Shown: piece by piece, positions 26,878 to 35,927 of the stretch
Position numbering within the stretch: position 1 is the first letter of the stretch
Layout: every line of letters begins with the position of its first letter
The notes under the pieces: generated by a model
Told to the model about the DNA's origin: nothing
Database searches by the model: none
What the model saw: only the letters and a program-made list of their open reading frames with translations
Source of the DNA: Betaproteobacteria bacterium
GTDB lineage: Bacteria > Pseudomonadota > Gammaproteobacteria > Burkholderiales > SG8-41
Direction: 5' to 3'
NCBI GenBank assembly: GCA_028292225.1
Contig: JAQGMV010000252.1
Span: 1-54,734, forward strand
Length of the DNA: 54,734 nt
Made by a program: the position numbers and the translations under genes

Positions 26878-27711
26878 ATGCTGATCGTCGATTCACAGGT
26901 CCATATCTGGGGCGCGGACACGCCGGATCGTCCGTGGCCCAAACGCGCGGACGCGCAGCGGCCGGTTCCGCTCGGCGCGGACGATCTGCTGCGCGAGATG
27001 AACGAAGCGGGGGTGGACCGCGTGGTCATCGTTCCGCCTTCGTGGGAAGGCGATCGAAACGACCTGGCGATCCAGGCCGCCATCGAGCATCCCGGCCGCT
27101 TTGCCACCATGGGGAGGCTGGACCCGCAGGACCCGGGCTCGCGCGGACTGATCGCCAAGTGGCGCGAACAGCCGGGAATGCTCGGGCTGCGCTTCACCTT
27201 CCACATCCCCCAGCTCGTTACGCTCATCACCGAAGGACACATGGACTGGGTGTGGGGCGAAGCCGAGCAAGCGGGCGTGCCGATCTACGTGCTGGTGCCG
27301 CATTCGCTGGTGCACCTGATCGACGACGTCGCGCAGCGTTACCCGCAGCTGAAGCTCGTCATGGATCACCTGTCGCTCAACAGCAAGCAGAGGGACGCGC
27401 AGGCGTTCGGAGAGTTCGACAAGCTGCTCGCGATCGCCAAGCGCCCGAACGTCGCAGCGAAAGTGAGCGCGCTGCCGTGCTACTCGACCGACACGTATCC
27501 CTACAAATCCCTGCACGGCTATATCAGGCAGGCGTACGACGCATTCGGGCCGCAGCGGCTTTTCTGGGGAACCGATCTGTCGCGCTCACCGATCCCGTAT
27601 CGCCAGCACGTCACGATGTTCACCGAGGAGATTCCCTGGCTCACCAATGACGACAAGGCGTGGATCATGGGGCGCGGGGTTTGCGAGTGGCTCGGCTGGA
27701 AGATGCCGTAG
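26878..27711 (+). CDS. Amidohydrolase-2 family (ACMSD/LigI-like) metal-dependent hydrolase
   Basis: MLIVDSQVHIW..., VMDHLS and WGTDLS motifs. 277 aa. Confidence 0.85.
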   Translation: MLIVDSQVHIWGADTPDRPWPKRADAQRPVPLGADDLLREMNEAGVDRVVIVPPSWEGDRNDLAIQAAIEHPGRFATMGRLDPQDPGSRGLIAKWREQPGMLGLRFTFHIPQLVTLITEGHMDWVWGEAEQAGVPIYVLVPHSLVHLIDDVAQRYPQLKLVMDHLSLNSKQRDAQAFGEFDKLLAIAKRPNVAAKVSALPCYSTDTYPYKSLHGYIRQAYDAFGPQRLFWGTDLSRSPIPYRQHVTMFTEEIPWLTNDDKAWIMGRGVCEWLGWKMP

Positions 27712-27720
27712 CACCGGTCC

Positions 27721-28002
27721 TCACTTCTTCGGCGCGGCGCTCTTCTTCGCTTTCTTTATTGCCGTTTTCTTCTTCGTCGTTTTCTTCAGCGCTTTTTTAG
27801 ACGTCGCGCTGCGGATGACCGTTTTTGTCGACGGCGCCCCTTGGGGGTCCTTCCACCCTTCGGTCAGCGCAAGATCGTGCGCACTCGTCTTGATGAAGCT
27901 GCGCCACTCGCTGTCGAGCGCTTCGAGCCCGGCTTGTGGTTGCTCGCGTTTTTCAGCTGTGCCCGTCGAGGAGGGCTTTCGCTTCTTTTTAGCCGCTGCC
28001 AT
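27721..28002 (-). CDS. Small lysine-rich protein with a histone-H1-like C-terminal tail
   Basis: ATG 28002; the track starts at TTG 28008. MAAAKKKRKPSS...TSKKALKKTTKKKTAIKKAKKSAAPKK. The DNA here is conspicuously AT-richer. Confidence 0.6.
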   Translation of the reverse strand: MAAAKKKRKPSSTGTAEKREQPQAGLEALDSEWRSFIKTSAHDLALTEGWKDPQGAPSTKTVIRSATSKKALKKTTKKKTAIKKAKKSAAPKK

Positions 28003-28047
28003 GGTCAACCCTCTTCGATTGCGGTTCGTCGTGCGGTGCTTCCAGTT

Positions 28048-28887
28048 TCAGGAAAGCTCGACCAGATCGACTTCGAGCAGCCGGATCGATGCGGCGCCGG
28101 CGTTCTCCTCGGCGTGCGTTATCGAGCCCGTCCCCGGGATCGGCAGCATCACCGGCGAGCGCGCGAGCAGCCACGCGAGGGCGACCTGCGCCGGCGTTGC
28201 GCCCAGCCGCGCCGCGATGCGCTTGACCTTCTCGGATTGGAGCGCCTTGCCCGCACCGAGCGGATACCACGGGATGTATGCGATTCCCGCCTCCTCGCAC
28301 GCGAGGAGCACGTCCTCGTCAGCCTGGTCCTCGAGGTTGTAGCGGTTCTGCACCGACACGATGGGCGCGATCGTGCGCGCTTCGTTGAGCTGTTTGACCG
28401 TCACATTGGACACGCCGAGGTGACGTATCTTGCCCGCGCGCTGCAGCTCGGCGAGCGTGCTCATCGATTCCGCGAAAGCGACATAAGGGTCCGGCGCGTG
28501 TAGCTGGTACAAGTCGATGCGCTCGACCTTGAGCCTGCGCAGGCTGCCGTCGACCGCCTGCCGCAGATGCTCGGGCAAGCCGCACTCGTCCCAGCGCTTC
28601 GGGCCCGGCCGCACCAGGCCGCCTTTGGTGGCGATCACCAGCTCCCGGGGATAGGGATACAGCGCTTCGGCGATGAGCGTCTCCGAGACGTAAGGCCCAT
28701 AGCTGTCGGCGGTGTCGATCAAGGTGTGGCCGAGCTCGAATGCGCGCACGAGCACCTCGCGCGCAGCGACGCGGTCGGGCGGATCTCCCCAGATATCCGG
28801 CCCGGTCACGCGCATCGCGCCGAAACCGAGCCGGTTGACCGTGAGATCGCCGAGCTTGATCGGGCCTGCCATCGCTGCTGGCTTCAT
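28048..28887 (-). CDS. Aldo/keto reductase
   Basis: 279 aa with LGFGAMR, IDTADSYG, IDLYQLH and IRHLGVSN. Confidence 0.92.
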   Translation of the reverse strand: MKPAAMAGPIKLGDLTVNRLGFGAMRVTGPDIWGDPPDRVAAREVLVRAFELGHTLIDTADSYGPYVSETLIAEALYPYPRELVIATKGGLVRPGPKRWDECGLPEHLRQAVDGSLRRLKVERIDLYQLHAPDPYVAFAESMSTLAELQRAGKIRHLGVSNVTVKQLNEARTIAPIVSVQNRYNLEDQADEDVLLACEEAGIAYIPWYPLGAGKALQSEKVKRIAARLGATPAQVALAWLLARSPVMLPIPGTGSITHAEENAGAASIRLLEVDLVELS

Positions 28888-28970
28888 CGGGCGACCTCGA
28901 GCTCATGTGGTCGTACTGTACGAAAGCGGCGCGTTTGCGACAGCGCGTCGGCCACGCCTACCTCGCGAGC

Positions 28971-29948
28971 TTACTGCGGTTGGAGCCCCGCGGCCTGCGC
29001 GGCTTTGCGGTAGCGCGCAATTTCCTTCGGCAGCAGATCCGAGAGCTGTGCGACCGTCATCACCGCCGCCTCGGCGCCTTCGCGATCCAGGAACTCCTTC
29101 ATCTGTGGGCTTACGAGCACCTTGTTCACACCGTCGTTGAGCTGGTTCACAATAGCCGCGGGTGTGCCCGCCGGCGCGAACAATCCCCACCAGTTTTCGT
29201 AAGTGAATCCCGGAATTCCGGATTGGGCGATCGCCGGCAGACCCGGGACCAGGGGCGTCGGCGTCGCGCTGCTCACTCCGAGCGCGCGTGCTTTGCCCGC
29301 TTTCACCTGCGCCATGACCGCAGGGGAGCTCGCGATGATCGCTTCGACTTCTCCCGAGACCAGGGCGATGACGCCCGGCGCGATGCCTTTGTAAGGAATG
29401 TGCGTGAGCTTGATTCCCGCGGCCTGGGCGAGCAGCTCCATCGAGATATGGTTGTTGCCCCCGGTTCCCGAAGACGAGTAGGTGAGGTTGCGCTTCCTGG
29501 CCAGCGCGATGAACTCCTTCACGTTACGCGCGGGAACCGACGGGTGCACCGCGAGCACGATGGGTGCGCGCGCGATCATCGCGACGGGGATGAACGCGCC
29601 CGCGGGATCGAAAGGCAGCTTGGCGCGCACTGCGACGGTCCCGGGGTACGACGACGTGGTGCTGAGGAGGGTGTAACCGTCAGGCGCCGCCTTGGCGACC
29701 TGCTCCGCGCCGATCATGCCGCTCGCGCCGGGCCGGTTGTCCACGACGATGTTGCGTCCCCACGCGTCCCCGAGCAGCTTCGCCGTCGCGCGGGCGAGCA
29801 CGTCGGACGAGCCTCCGGCGCTGTACGGCAGGATGATCGTGATGTTCTTTGCAGGATAGGCCTGCGCGATCGCAGGTGAGGCGGTGACGGCGCACAGCGC
29901 CGCGGCGAACGCCGGCGCGATTCGTTTGAAAACGTGCTTGAGCTTCAT
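28971..29948 (-). CDS. Bug/TctC-family substrate-binding protein (copy 4)
   Basis: Signal peptide ...SPAIAQA followed by YPAKNITIILPYSAGGSSDVLAR. Confidence 0.9.
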   Translation of the reverse strand: MKLKHVFKRIAPAFAAALCAVTASPAIAQAYPAKNITIILPYSAGGSSDVLARATAKLLGDAWGRNIVVDNRPGASGMIGAEQVAKAAPDGYTLLSTTSSYPGTVAVRAKLPFDPAGAFIPVAMIARAPIVLAVHPSVPARNVKEFIALARKRNLTYSSSGTGGNNHISMELLAQAAGIKLTHIPYKGIAPGVIALVSGEVEAIIASSPAVMAQVKAGKARALGVSSATPTPLVPGLPAIAQSGIPGFTYENWWGLFAPAGTPAAIVNQLNDGVNKVLVSPQMKEFLDREGAEAAVMTVAQLSDLLPKEIARYRKAAQAAGLQPQ

Positions 29949-30024
29949 GACTGTCCTCGTGATCGAGACCGCGTGGTCGCGGTCTTTGGGTATCGGCTTT
30001 TATCGGTGAGCGCGGGACCGGAAT

Positions 30025-31269
30025 TTACGCCTCCGGACCCGCGTACACCCCCGCCGTGTCTGGGAACATCGCTTTTACGATTTTGAAGCGCGAGATGTCA
30101 ACGGTCGCGTCCCTGTGCAGGAAGAGCGAAGCGTCTCGCAACAGTTTCTCGACCCCGAAATCGAGCATGACGCCGTTGCCGCCGTGCAGCTCCATCGCGT
30201 GCTGGCAGACCTGGAACACCTCGACTGAAGCGAACATCTTCGCCATGTTGCACAGCGCCTCGGCGTCGGGCGCGCGGGCGTCCACCGCGCGGGTTGCTTC
30301 GCCGAGCAGCGCGCGCACGGCGGTGAGCTTGGTGGCCATGTCCGCGAGCCGCGTGGCGACCGCCTGGTGCTTGATCAGGATGCGCCCGCCCTGGACGTAG
30401 TTCTGCACGTAATCGGCAGTGCGCTCGAAAGCCGCCGTCCCGACGCCGAGATTTTTTGCGGCGACGATGATCTTTCCGGGCTTGAAGTAAATGCCGGCTT
30501 TGGTCATCGCGACGTCCTGGACGAGGCAATGATCGTGCGGGACGGCGCAGTCTTCGAAGACGATCTCGCCGTTGTTCATGAAACGTCCGCCCATCGTCTC
30601 ATTGCAGCGCATCACGGTAAGACCGGGCGTATCGCGCGGCACCAGAAAGCTGGACGTGCCTTTGGTGATACCCGCACCCGGGGTGGTCGTGGCGTAGACC
30701 ACGTACAGCTTCGCGTCGTAGCCGTTGGTGATGAACTGCTTGCGGCCGTTGATGACCCAGCGATCGCCTTTCTTCACCGCGCGCGTATGCATCATGGCTT
30801 CGGGCACGTCGTACGGCAGCCATCGATCGGAGGCGCCGCGGGGCTCGGTGAGGCAGTGTGCGAGCAGGAAAGTCGGGTCTTCGACGATGCGCGGAAACCA
30901 GCGCTCCTGGAGGTGCCTCGGCGCGATGTTGCGCAGGAGCATCGATATCTTCCAGATCTGCACCAGCTTGTCGGCGAGGCCCGAATCGCCGCGGGCGATC
31001 TCCTCCGAGATCATCGCGAAAGTCTGGACCTCGGTTTTCGGATCGAGCGGTGTGCCTCCGAATTCTTCGGGCACCCCCAGCGCGCGCACGCCGATCTTGT
31101 GGGCGCCTTGCAGCAGCTCGACCGAAGGCCGGTTCTCGGGCTTCATGTCCCATTCGAGCTGCCAGTTCTTGCGGATGAAAGGGATGACTTCCCCGTCGAC
31201 GAAGGCACGTATGGTCTCGCGCATCATGCGCTGTTCTTCGGTGAGGCTGCGGTCGATGATGTCCTGCAT
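30025..31269 (-). CDS. Acyl-CoA dehydrogenase family protein
   Basis: 414 aa. The ACAD N, middle and C regions are recognisable (CLTEPRGASD, ...HGGNGVMLDFGVEKLLRDA). Confidence 0.9.
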   Translation of the reverse strand: MQDIIDRSLTEEQRMMRETIRAFVDGEVIPFIRKNWQLEWDMKPENRPSVELLQGAHKIGVRALGVPEEFGGTPLDPKTEVQTFAMISEEIARGDSGLADKLVQIWKISMLLRNIAPRHLQERWFPRIVEDPTFLLAHCLTEPRGASDRWLPYDVPEAMMHTRAVKKGDRWVINGRKQFITNGYDAKLYVVYATTTPGAGITKGTSSFLVPRDTPGLTVMRCNETMGGRFMNNGEIVFEDCAVPHDHCLVQDVAMTKAGIYFKPGKIIVAAKNLGVGTAAFERTADYVQNYVQGGRILIKHQAVATRLADMATKLTAVRALLGEATRAVDARAPDAEALCNMAKMFASVEVFQVCQHAMELHGGNGVMLDFGVEKLLRDASLFLHRDATVDISRFKIVKAMFPDTAGVYAGPEA

Positions 31270-31436
31270 TCGTCCTCCGAGTGGCGTCAGCGGTCAGGGG
31301 TAATCGGTCAGCCGTTTTTATTCGAGCCGGCGCCCGATGTTCCGGGCAGACCGTGATCGAGGTCAAGGCCCCACCCGCACCGCGCCCGATTTTTGCATCT
31401 GGCGAGCATAGTCACGTCGGTTGAGGACTTCCAGCC

Positions 31437-34220
31437 ATGGCACTCGAGCTCTACAAGAAGAAGCGCAATTTCGGCATCACGCCGGAGCCGAAAGGCAAGG
31501 TCGTCAGGAATAAGGGTAAGGCGCTCGCGTATGTGATCCAGAAGCACCGCGCGAGCCACATGCACTACGACTTTCGCCTTGAGCTCGACGGCGTGCTGCT
31601 GAGTTGGGCCGTGCCTAAAGGGCCGAGTTACGACCCGGCGGTCAAGCGCCTCGCGATGCACGTCGAAGACCACCCGATCGAATACGGCGGTTTCGAAGGC
31701 ACCATACCGCCGAAGCAGTACGGCGCCGGCACCGTGCTCCTGTGGGATCGCGGCGTGTGGATTCCGAAAGGCGACCCCGCCGAGGACTATAAGAGAGGGC
31801 GGTTGAAGTTCGAGCTCGACGGCGAGAAGCTGCACGGCGGCTGGATGCTCGTGCGCAGCCACGGCGGCAAGTACGACAAGGACAAGGCATGGTTCCTCAT
31901 CAAGGAACGCGACGAGTACGCGAGGTCGGAAGCGGAAGGCACGGTGGTCGACGACGAGCCGAACAGCGTCGCCAGCGGCCGCAGTCTTGAGGAGATCGCA
32001 GCCGATCCCGATCGGGTCTGGCATTCGAACAAGTCGGTCGCTGAGAACGTGAAGACCGGCACTGTCAAAAAAAAGAAGTCTGAGTTCGACGCGGCGGCGC
32101 TCAAGGGCGCACGCAAAGCCGCATTTCCCGATTTCGTCGAGCCCGAGCTTGCGACGCTCGTGAAGGAGGCGCCCGCGGGAGGCGAGTGGGTGCACGAGAT
32201 GAAGCTCGACGGTTACCGCATGCTGTGCCGGATCGAGAAGGGCGAGGTGCAGATGATCTCGCGCAGCGGCAAGGACTGGACCGGCAGCTTTCCATCGATC
32301 GCGCGCTGTGTGGCGCGCCTGCCGGTCGATACGGCGTGGCTGGACGGTGAGGTCGTGGTCATGGAAGCCGATGGGCGCACCAGCTTTCAGGCGCTCCAGA
32401 ACGCGCTCTCCACCGATCATGCGGGCAAGCTCCACTATTTCGCGTTCGACCTGATGTATCTCGACGGCTACGACCTGCGCGGCGCGCCGCTGCTCGAGCG
32501 TAAGCGCGTGCTCGAGGCTGTGCTCGCAGGCGCCCCGTCGGCGCTTAGGTTCAGCAGCCACATCGAAGGCTCCGGGGTGGAATTCTTCAGGCAGGCGTGC
32601 AGCCTCAAGCTCGAAGGGATGATCTCCAAGCGCGCGCAGTCGAGCTATCTCGGAGGCCGCTGCCGCGACTGGGTCAAGGTCAAGTGCAGCATGCGCCAGG
32701 AGATGGTGATCGGGGGCTATACCGATCCTGAAGGCACCCGCAGCGGATTCGGCGCGTTGCTGCTCGGGGTCTATCAGCCCGACGGCACGCTGCGGTATTC
32801 CGGCAAGGTCGGAACCGGTTTCAACGATGCGACTCTGAAGGCGATGCACAAGAAGCTGAAGGCGCTCGAAACCAGGCAGCCCGCGTTCAGCAATCCGCCG
32901 CGGGGCTATGAGGCCAAGGGTGCGCACTGGATCAAGCCCGAGCTCGTCGCGGAAGTCGAGTTCACCGAATGGACCGACGACGGGACTTTGCGCCACCCGT
33001 CGTTCCAGGGCTTGCGTGAAGACAAGAAGGCGACCGACGTGATTCGCGAGCGTGCAACAGCGGCTGAAGACATCGTCGAAGGACCGGCACCGTCCAAAGC
33101 TGAAAAGACGAAGGCGAGCACGTCCGCCAAAGCGGTAAAGACGAGCGCTCGCGCCCGGACCCGGGCGGCCTCGACCCCGCCTGCCCCGGTCGAGGCAGCG
33201 CAGACGCAGGCCGCGACGGCTAAGCCTTCGCAAACGCGTGCGAAGCCCGCAGCTGCGCAGCCGCGGGCCTCCCAGCCTTCGAAAACGCGTGCGAAGCCGG
33301 CTGTGGCGGAGCCGCAGGAGCAGGGCGAGAACAGCGTCGCCGGGGTCAAGCTCAGCAACCCTTTGAAGCTGCTCTATCCCGAAGCCGGCGTGACCAAGAA
33401 AGACCTCGCGGTGTTCTACGAAGCAATCGCGGACTGGATCCTGCCGCAGCTGCGCGACCGGCCGCTGACGCTCGTGCGGTGTCCCAACGGCTGGGAGAAA
33501 CACTGTTTCTTCCAGAAGCACCCCGACGCCAAAGTCGATGCGCTCATCGAGCGCGTGACCGTTCAGGAAAGCAACGGCCCTACGCTGTACATGATGGCCA
33601 ACTCGCTGCCTGCGCTCGTGGCGCTGGTGCAGATGGGGGCGCTGGAGCTGCACCCGTTCGGTTCGAGCGCGCCCAAGCTCACGTGTCCGGACCGCCTCGT
33701 TTTCGATTTCGATCCCGACGACGGTATTTCGTGGGCGACGCTGGTGGAAGGCGTTCAGCTCCTGAAGACGCTGCTCGAAGAGCTGGGGCTGCGCACCTTC
33801 ATCAAGACCACGGGGGGCAAAGGCCTGCACGTCGTCGTGCCGATCGCACCGGTTTTCGGCTGGGACGAGACCAAGCAGTTCACCAAGTCGATCGCCGAGC
33901 TCCTGGTGCGCTCGTTTCCGGAGCGTTTCACGTCCACGGTGTCGAAGTCCAAGCGCAGCGGAAAGATCTTCATCGACTATCTGCGCAACGCCGACGGTGC
34001 GACGGCGATCGCGGCGTATTCACTGCGTGCGCGCAGGAATGCGCCGGTGGCGACGCCGATCGCGTGGGAGGAGCTCGCGACCGAAGTGCGCCACGATCAC
34101 TTCAACCTGAAGAACGTCCCCGATCGGCTGAGGAAGATGAAGAAAGACCCGTGGGCGGACTTCTTCGACGTGAAGCAGTCGGTCACGAAGGCGATGATGA
34201 AGAAGGTCGGCGCGGCGTGA
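31437..34220 (+). CDS. ligD: DNA ligase D (phosphoesterase - ATP-dependent ligase - polymerase/primase domains)
   Basis: 927 aa. PE domain: FVIQKHRASHMHYDFRLE-type (YVIQKHRASHMHYDFRLELDGVLLSWAVPKGPS). Ligase adenylation lysine in HEMKLDGYR. C-terminal LigD-Pol: LVRCPNG...FDFDPDDG...IKTTGGKGLHVVVPI. Confidence 0.95.
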   Translation: MALELYKKKRNFGITPEPKGKVVRNKGKALAYVIQKHRASHMHYDFRLELDGVLLSWAVPKGPSYDPAVKRLAMHVEDHPIEYGGFEGTIPPKQYGAGTVLLWDRGVWIPKGDPAEDYKRGRLKFELDGEKLHGGWMLVRSHGGKYDKDKAWFLIKERDEYARSEAEGTVVDDEPNSVASGRSLEEIAADPDRVWHSNKSVAENVKTGTVKKKKSEFDAAALKGARKAAFPDFVEPELATLVKEAPAGGEWVHEMKLDGYRMLCRIEKGEVQMISRSGKDWTGSFPSIARCVARLPVDTAWLDGEVVVMEADGRTSFQALQNALSTDHAGKLHYFAFDLMYLDGYDLRGAPLLERKRVLEAVLAGAPSALRFSSHIEGSGVEFFRQACSLKLEGMISKRAQSSYLGGRCRDWVKVKCSMRQEMVIGGYTDPEGTRSGFGALLLGVYQPDGTLRYSGKVGTGFNDATLKAMHKKLKALETRQPAFSNPPRGYEAKGAHWIKPELVAEVEFTEWTDDGTLRHPSFQGLREDKKATDVIRERATAAEDIVEGPAPSKAEKTKASTSAKAVKTSARARTRAASTPPAPVEAAQTQAATAKPSQTRAKPAAAQPRASQPSKTRAKPAVAEPQEQGENSVAGVKLSNPLKLLYPEAGVTKKDLAVFYEAIADWILPQLRDRPLTLVRCPNGWEKHCFFQKHPDAKVDALIERVTVQESNGPTLYMMANSLPALVALVQMGALELHPFGSSAPKLTCPDRLVFDFDPDDGISWATLVEGVQLLKTLLEELGLRTFIKTTGGKGLHVVVPIAPVFGWDETKQFTKSIAELLVRSFPERFTSTVSKSKRSGKIFIDYLRNADGATAIAAYSLRARRNAPVATPIAWEELATEVRHDHFNLKNVPDRLRKMKKDPWADFFDVKQSVTKAMMKKVGAA
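33223..33324 (+). repeat. 51-nt tandem duplication inside the ligD Lig-Pol linker
   Basis: agccttcgCaaacgcgtgcgaagcc and agccttcgAaaacgcgtgcgaagcc lie 51 nt apart. They encode KPSQTRAKPAAAQPRAS / QPSKTRAKPAVAEPQEQ. Confidence 0.75.
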
Positions 34221-34226
34221 GCGAGC

Positions 34227-34261
34227 CGTAAATCGTAAATGGTGAACGGCAAATCGTGGGC
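34227..34261. repeat. Short heptamer-periodic tract (CGTAAAT CGTAAAT GGTGAAC GGCAAAT CGTGGGC) downstream of ligD
   Basis: Read directly from the sequence. No matching inverted arm was found, so its relation to the AGTGNTN elements is uncertain. Confidence 0.4.
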
Positions 34262-34321
34262 GCCAGCGGCAACCCCCGCGCTCTGTCTTACTGGCGAAGG
34301 CCGGTATTCATTGAGAACGCG

Positions 34322-35905
34322 CTAGGCGACGCCTACGCGAAAGAGCTTCCTGTCCTCATCGTCGAGTTGCGCGATGAGCCCGGTTTCCCACGCGAGGTAT
34401 TGCTTCATCGCTTCGCGGTTCCCCGCGTGCCTGTCGTGGACGAAGAAAAGATAGTCGATGCAGTCGGGATCCGCAGGCGCGTCGGGAGACGCTTCGGCCG
34501 GGAGCCCTGCGGCAGTCCACGCGGCAAGACTTCCCTCCAGGATCTTCACGTGCCGGTGGCGCGCTTCGAAAAGGTCCGCGGCGGCGAGCCTCGCCACATC
34601 GAGGTCGTCGCAGACGAGCACGAGCGGCTCGCGCGCATCGTGCGCAGCGGCCACGAGCCGTGACCGGATGCTCCAGCGGCTGCGCGGGATATGTGATTTT
34701 CGAAAGCTCATGCTCGCTCGCAGATCGAAGACCGAGCACGCTCCGGTATCGAGCGCGCGCTTCAACTCTTCCGGCGTGATTTGCGCAAGCTGCGGCAGAC
34801 GGGGCTTGGGCGCAGGCTCGGCATTCACCTTCGCAGCGACGCCGCCTTTGAGCACGTAGACCTCGCACCCGAGCTGTTTGAGCCAGCTTGCGACTACCGG
34901 CGCGCGAACCCCTTCGTCGTCGACCAGCACGATGCGCGCGTTGCGCACCCCGACCCACTGGTCGGTCGCCTGGACGAGCTGGCCGCCCGGCGCATGGACC
35001 GCGCCGGGGATGGAGCCGCGGGCGAACTCCTCGGGCGTGCGGACATCGAGCAGGTACGTGGTGCGGGTTTCGTCGCGGAGCCACGCCTGTACGTCCGTGG
35101 CGGCGGCGGTCGTGACGCCGTGCCGCGCCATGAGGCTCTTTGCACGTGTCTGCAGTGAAGCAAGCCGCTCCGCATCCACGGCATCCGGGTAGCGCCGGGT
35201 CGCGCCGCGCTCGAGTTCCAGGTCGGCGAGCACCCAGCCCTGCGTGCCGTTCTCGAGGGCGTAGACCGGATTGTCGATTCCGAAATTGATCAGCGTCTGC
35301 GCGCCCATGATCGAGCGCGTGCGCCCGGCGCAGTTCACGATGATTTTGGTCGCGGGGCTTTTGACGATCTCGCCGATGCGGTAGGGCAGCTCCGCGTTCG
35401 GACAGCAGATGCCGCCGGGGATGTTCATCTTCCGGTATTCGGTCAAAGGCCGACCGTCGACGACGACGAAATCGTCACCTTCCGCCTGCATACGCGCGAG
35501 GTCGGTCACGCTCACCCGAGGCGTGTGGTACTCGTGCTCGACGAGCTCGCCGAAGAGCTTGCTCGGGACGTTGACGCCGGAGAAGAGGGCGTAACCGGCG
35601 GCTTTCCACGCGGTTGTTCCGCCGTCGAGGACCGCGACGGCGCTGTAGCCGACTGCCTTCAGGCGTGCCGCCGCGCGCGCCGCCACGCCCAGCTCGCCGT
35701 CATCGCACAAGACCACTCGCGCGGATCTTCGCGGTACCAGCGCGCCGACATCGAGCTCGAGGCGGCTGTAAGGCAGCGGTGTCGCAAACAGCAGATGCGA
35801 TTCGCCGAACTGTCCGGCTTCGCGCACGTCGAGGAGCGCGAGTTCCCTGCCGTCGTGGAGCATCGCTTTCAGTTCACGCGCCGTCACTGATTCGGGGGTC
35901 GACAT
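34322..35905 (-). CDS. Multi-rhodanese-domain sulfurtransferase-like protein
   Basis: 527 aa with four rhodanese-like modules. Only the second has a catalytic Cys loop (NCAGRTRS). Confidence 0.85.
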   Translation of the reverse strand: MSTPESVTARELKAMLHDGRELALLDVREAGQFGESHLLFATPLPYSRLELDVGALVPRRSARVVLCDDGELGVAARAAARLKAVGYSAVAVLDGGTTAWKAAGYALFSGVNVPSKLFGELVEHEYHTPRVSVTDLARMQAEGDDFVVVDGRPLTEYRKMNIPGGICCPNAELPYRIGEIVKSPATKIIVNCAGRTRSIMGAQTLINFGIDNPVYALENGTQGWVLADLELERGATRRYPDAVDAERLASLQTRAKSLMARHGVTTAAATDVQAWLRDETRTTYLLDVRTPEEFARGSIPGAVHAPGGQLVQATDQWVGVRNARIVLVDDEGVRAPVVASWLKQLGCEVYVLKGGVAAKVNAEPAPKPRLPQLAQITPEELKRALDTGACSVFDLRASMSFRKSHIPRSRWSIRSRLVAAAHDAREPLVLVCDDLDVARLAAADLFEARHRHVKILEGSLAAWTAAGLPAEASPDAPADPDCIDYLFFVHDRHAGNREAMKQYLAWETGLIAQLDDEDRKLFRVGVA

Positions 35906-35927
35906 GGGAGATCCTTTCTCAGAAATT

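Noticed and set aside
34227-34261. The CGTAAAT-type heptamer tract after ligD as a fourth member of the AGTGNTN element family.
   Set aside because: The heptamer consensus is different and no inverted partner arm is present. I kept it as a low-confidence repeat only.
31270-34321. Search for a Ku gene next to ligD.
   Set aside because: The flanking regions are short intergenic spacers, and the neighbours are an acyl-CoA dehydrogenase and a rhodanese protein. No ORF on either strand shows Ku-like sequence.
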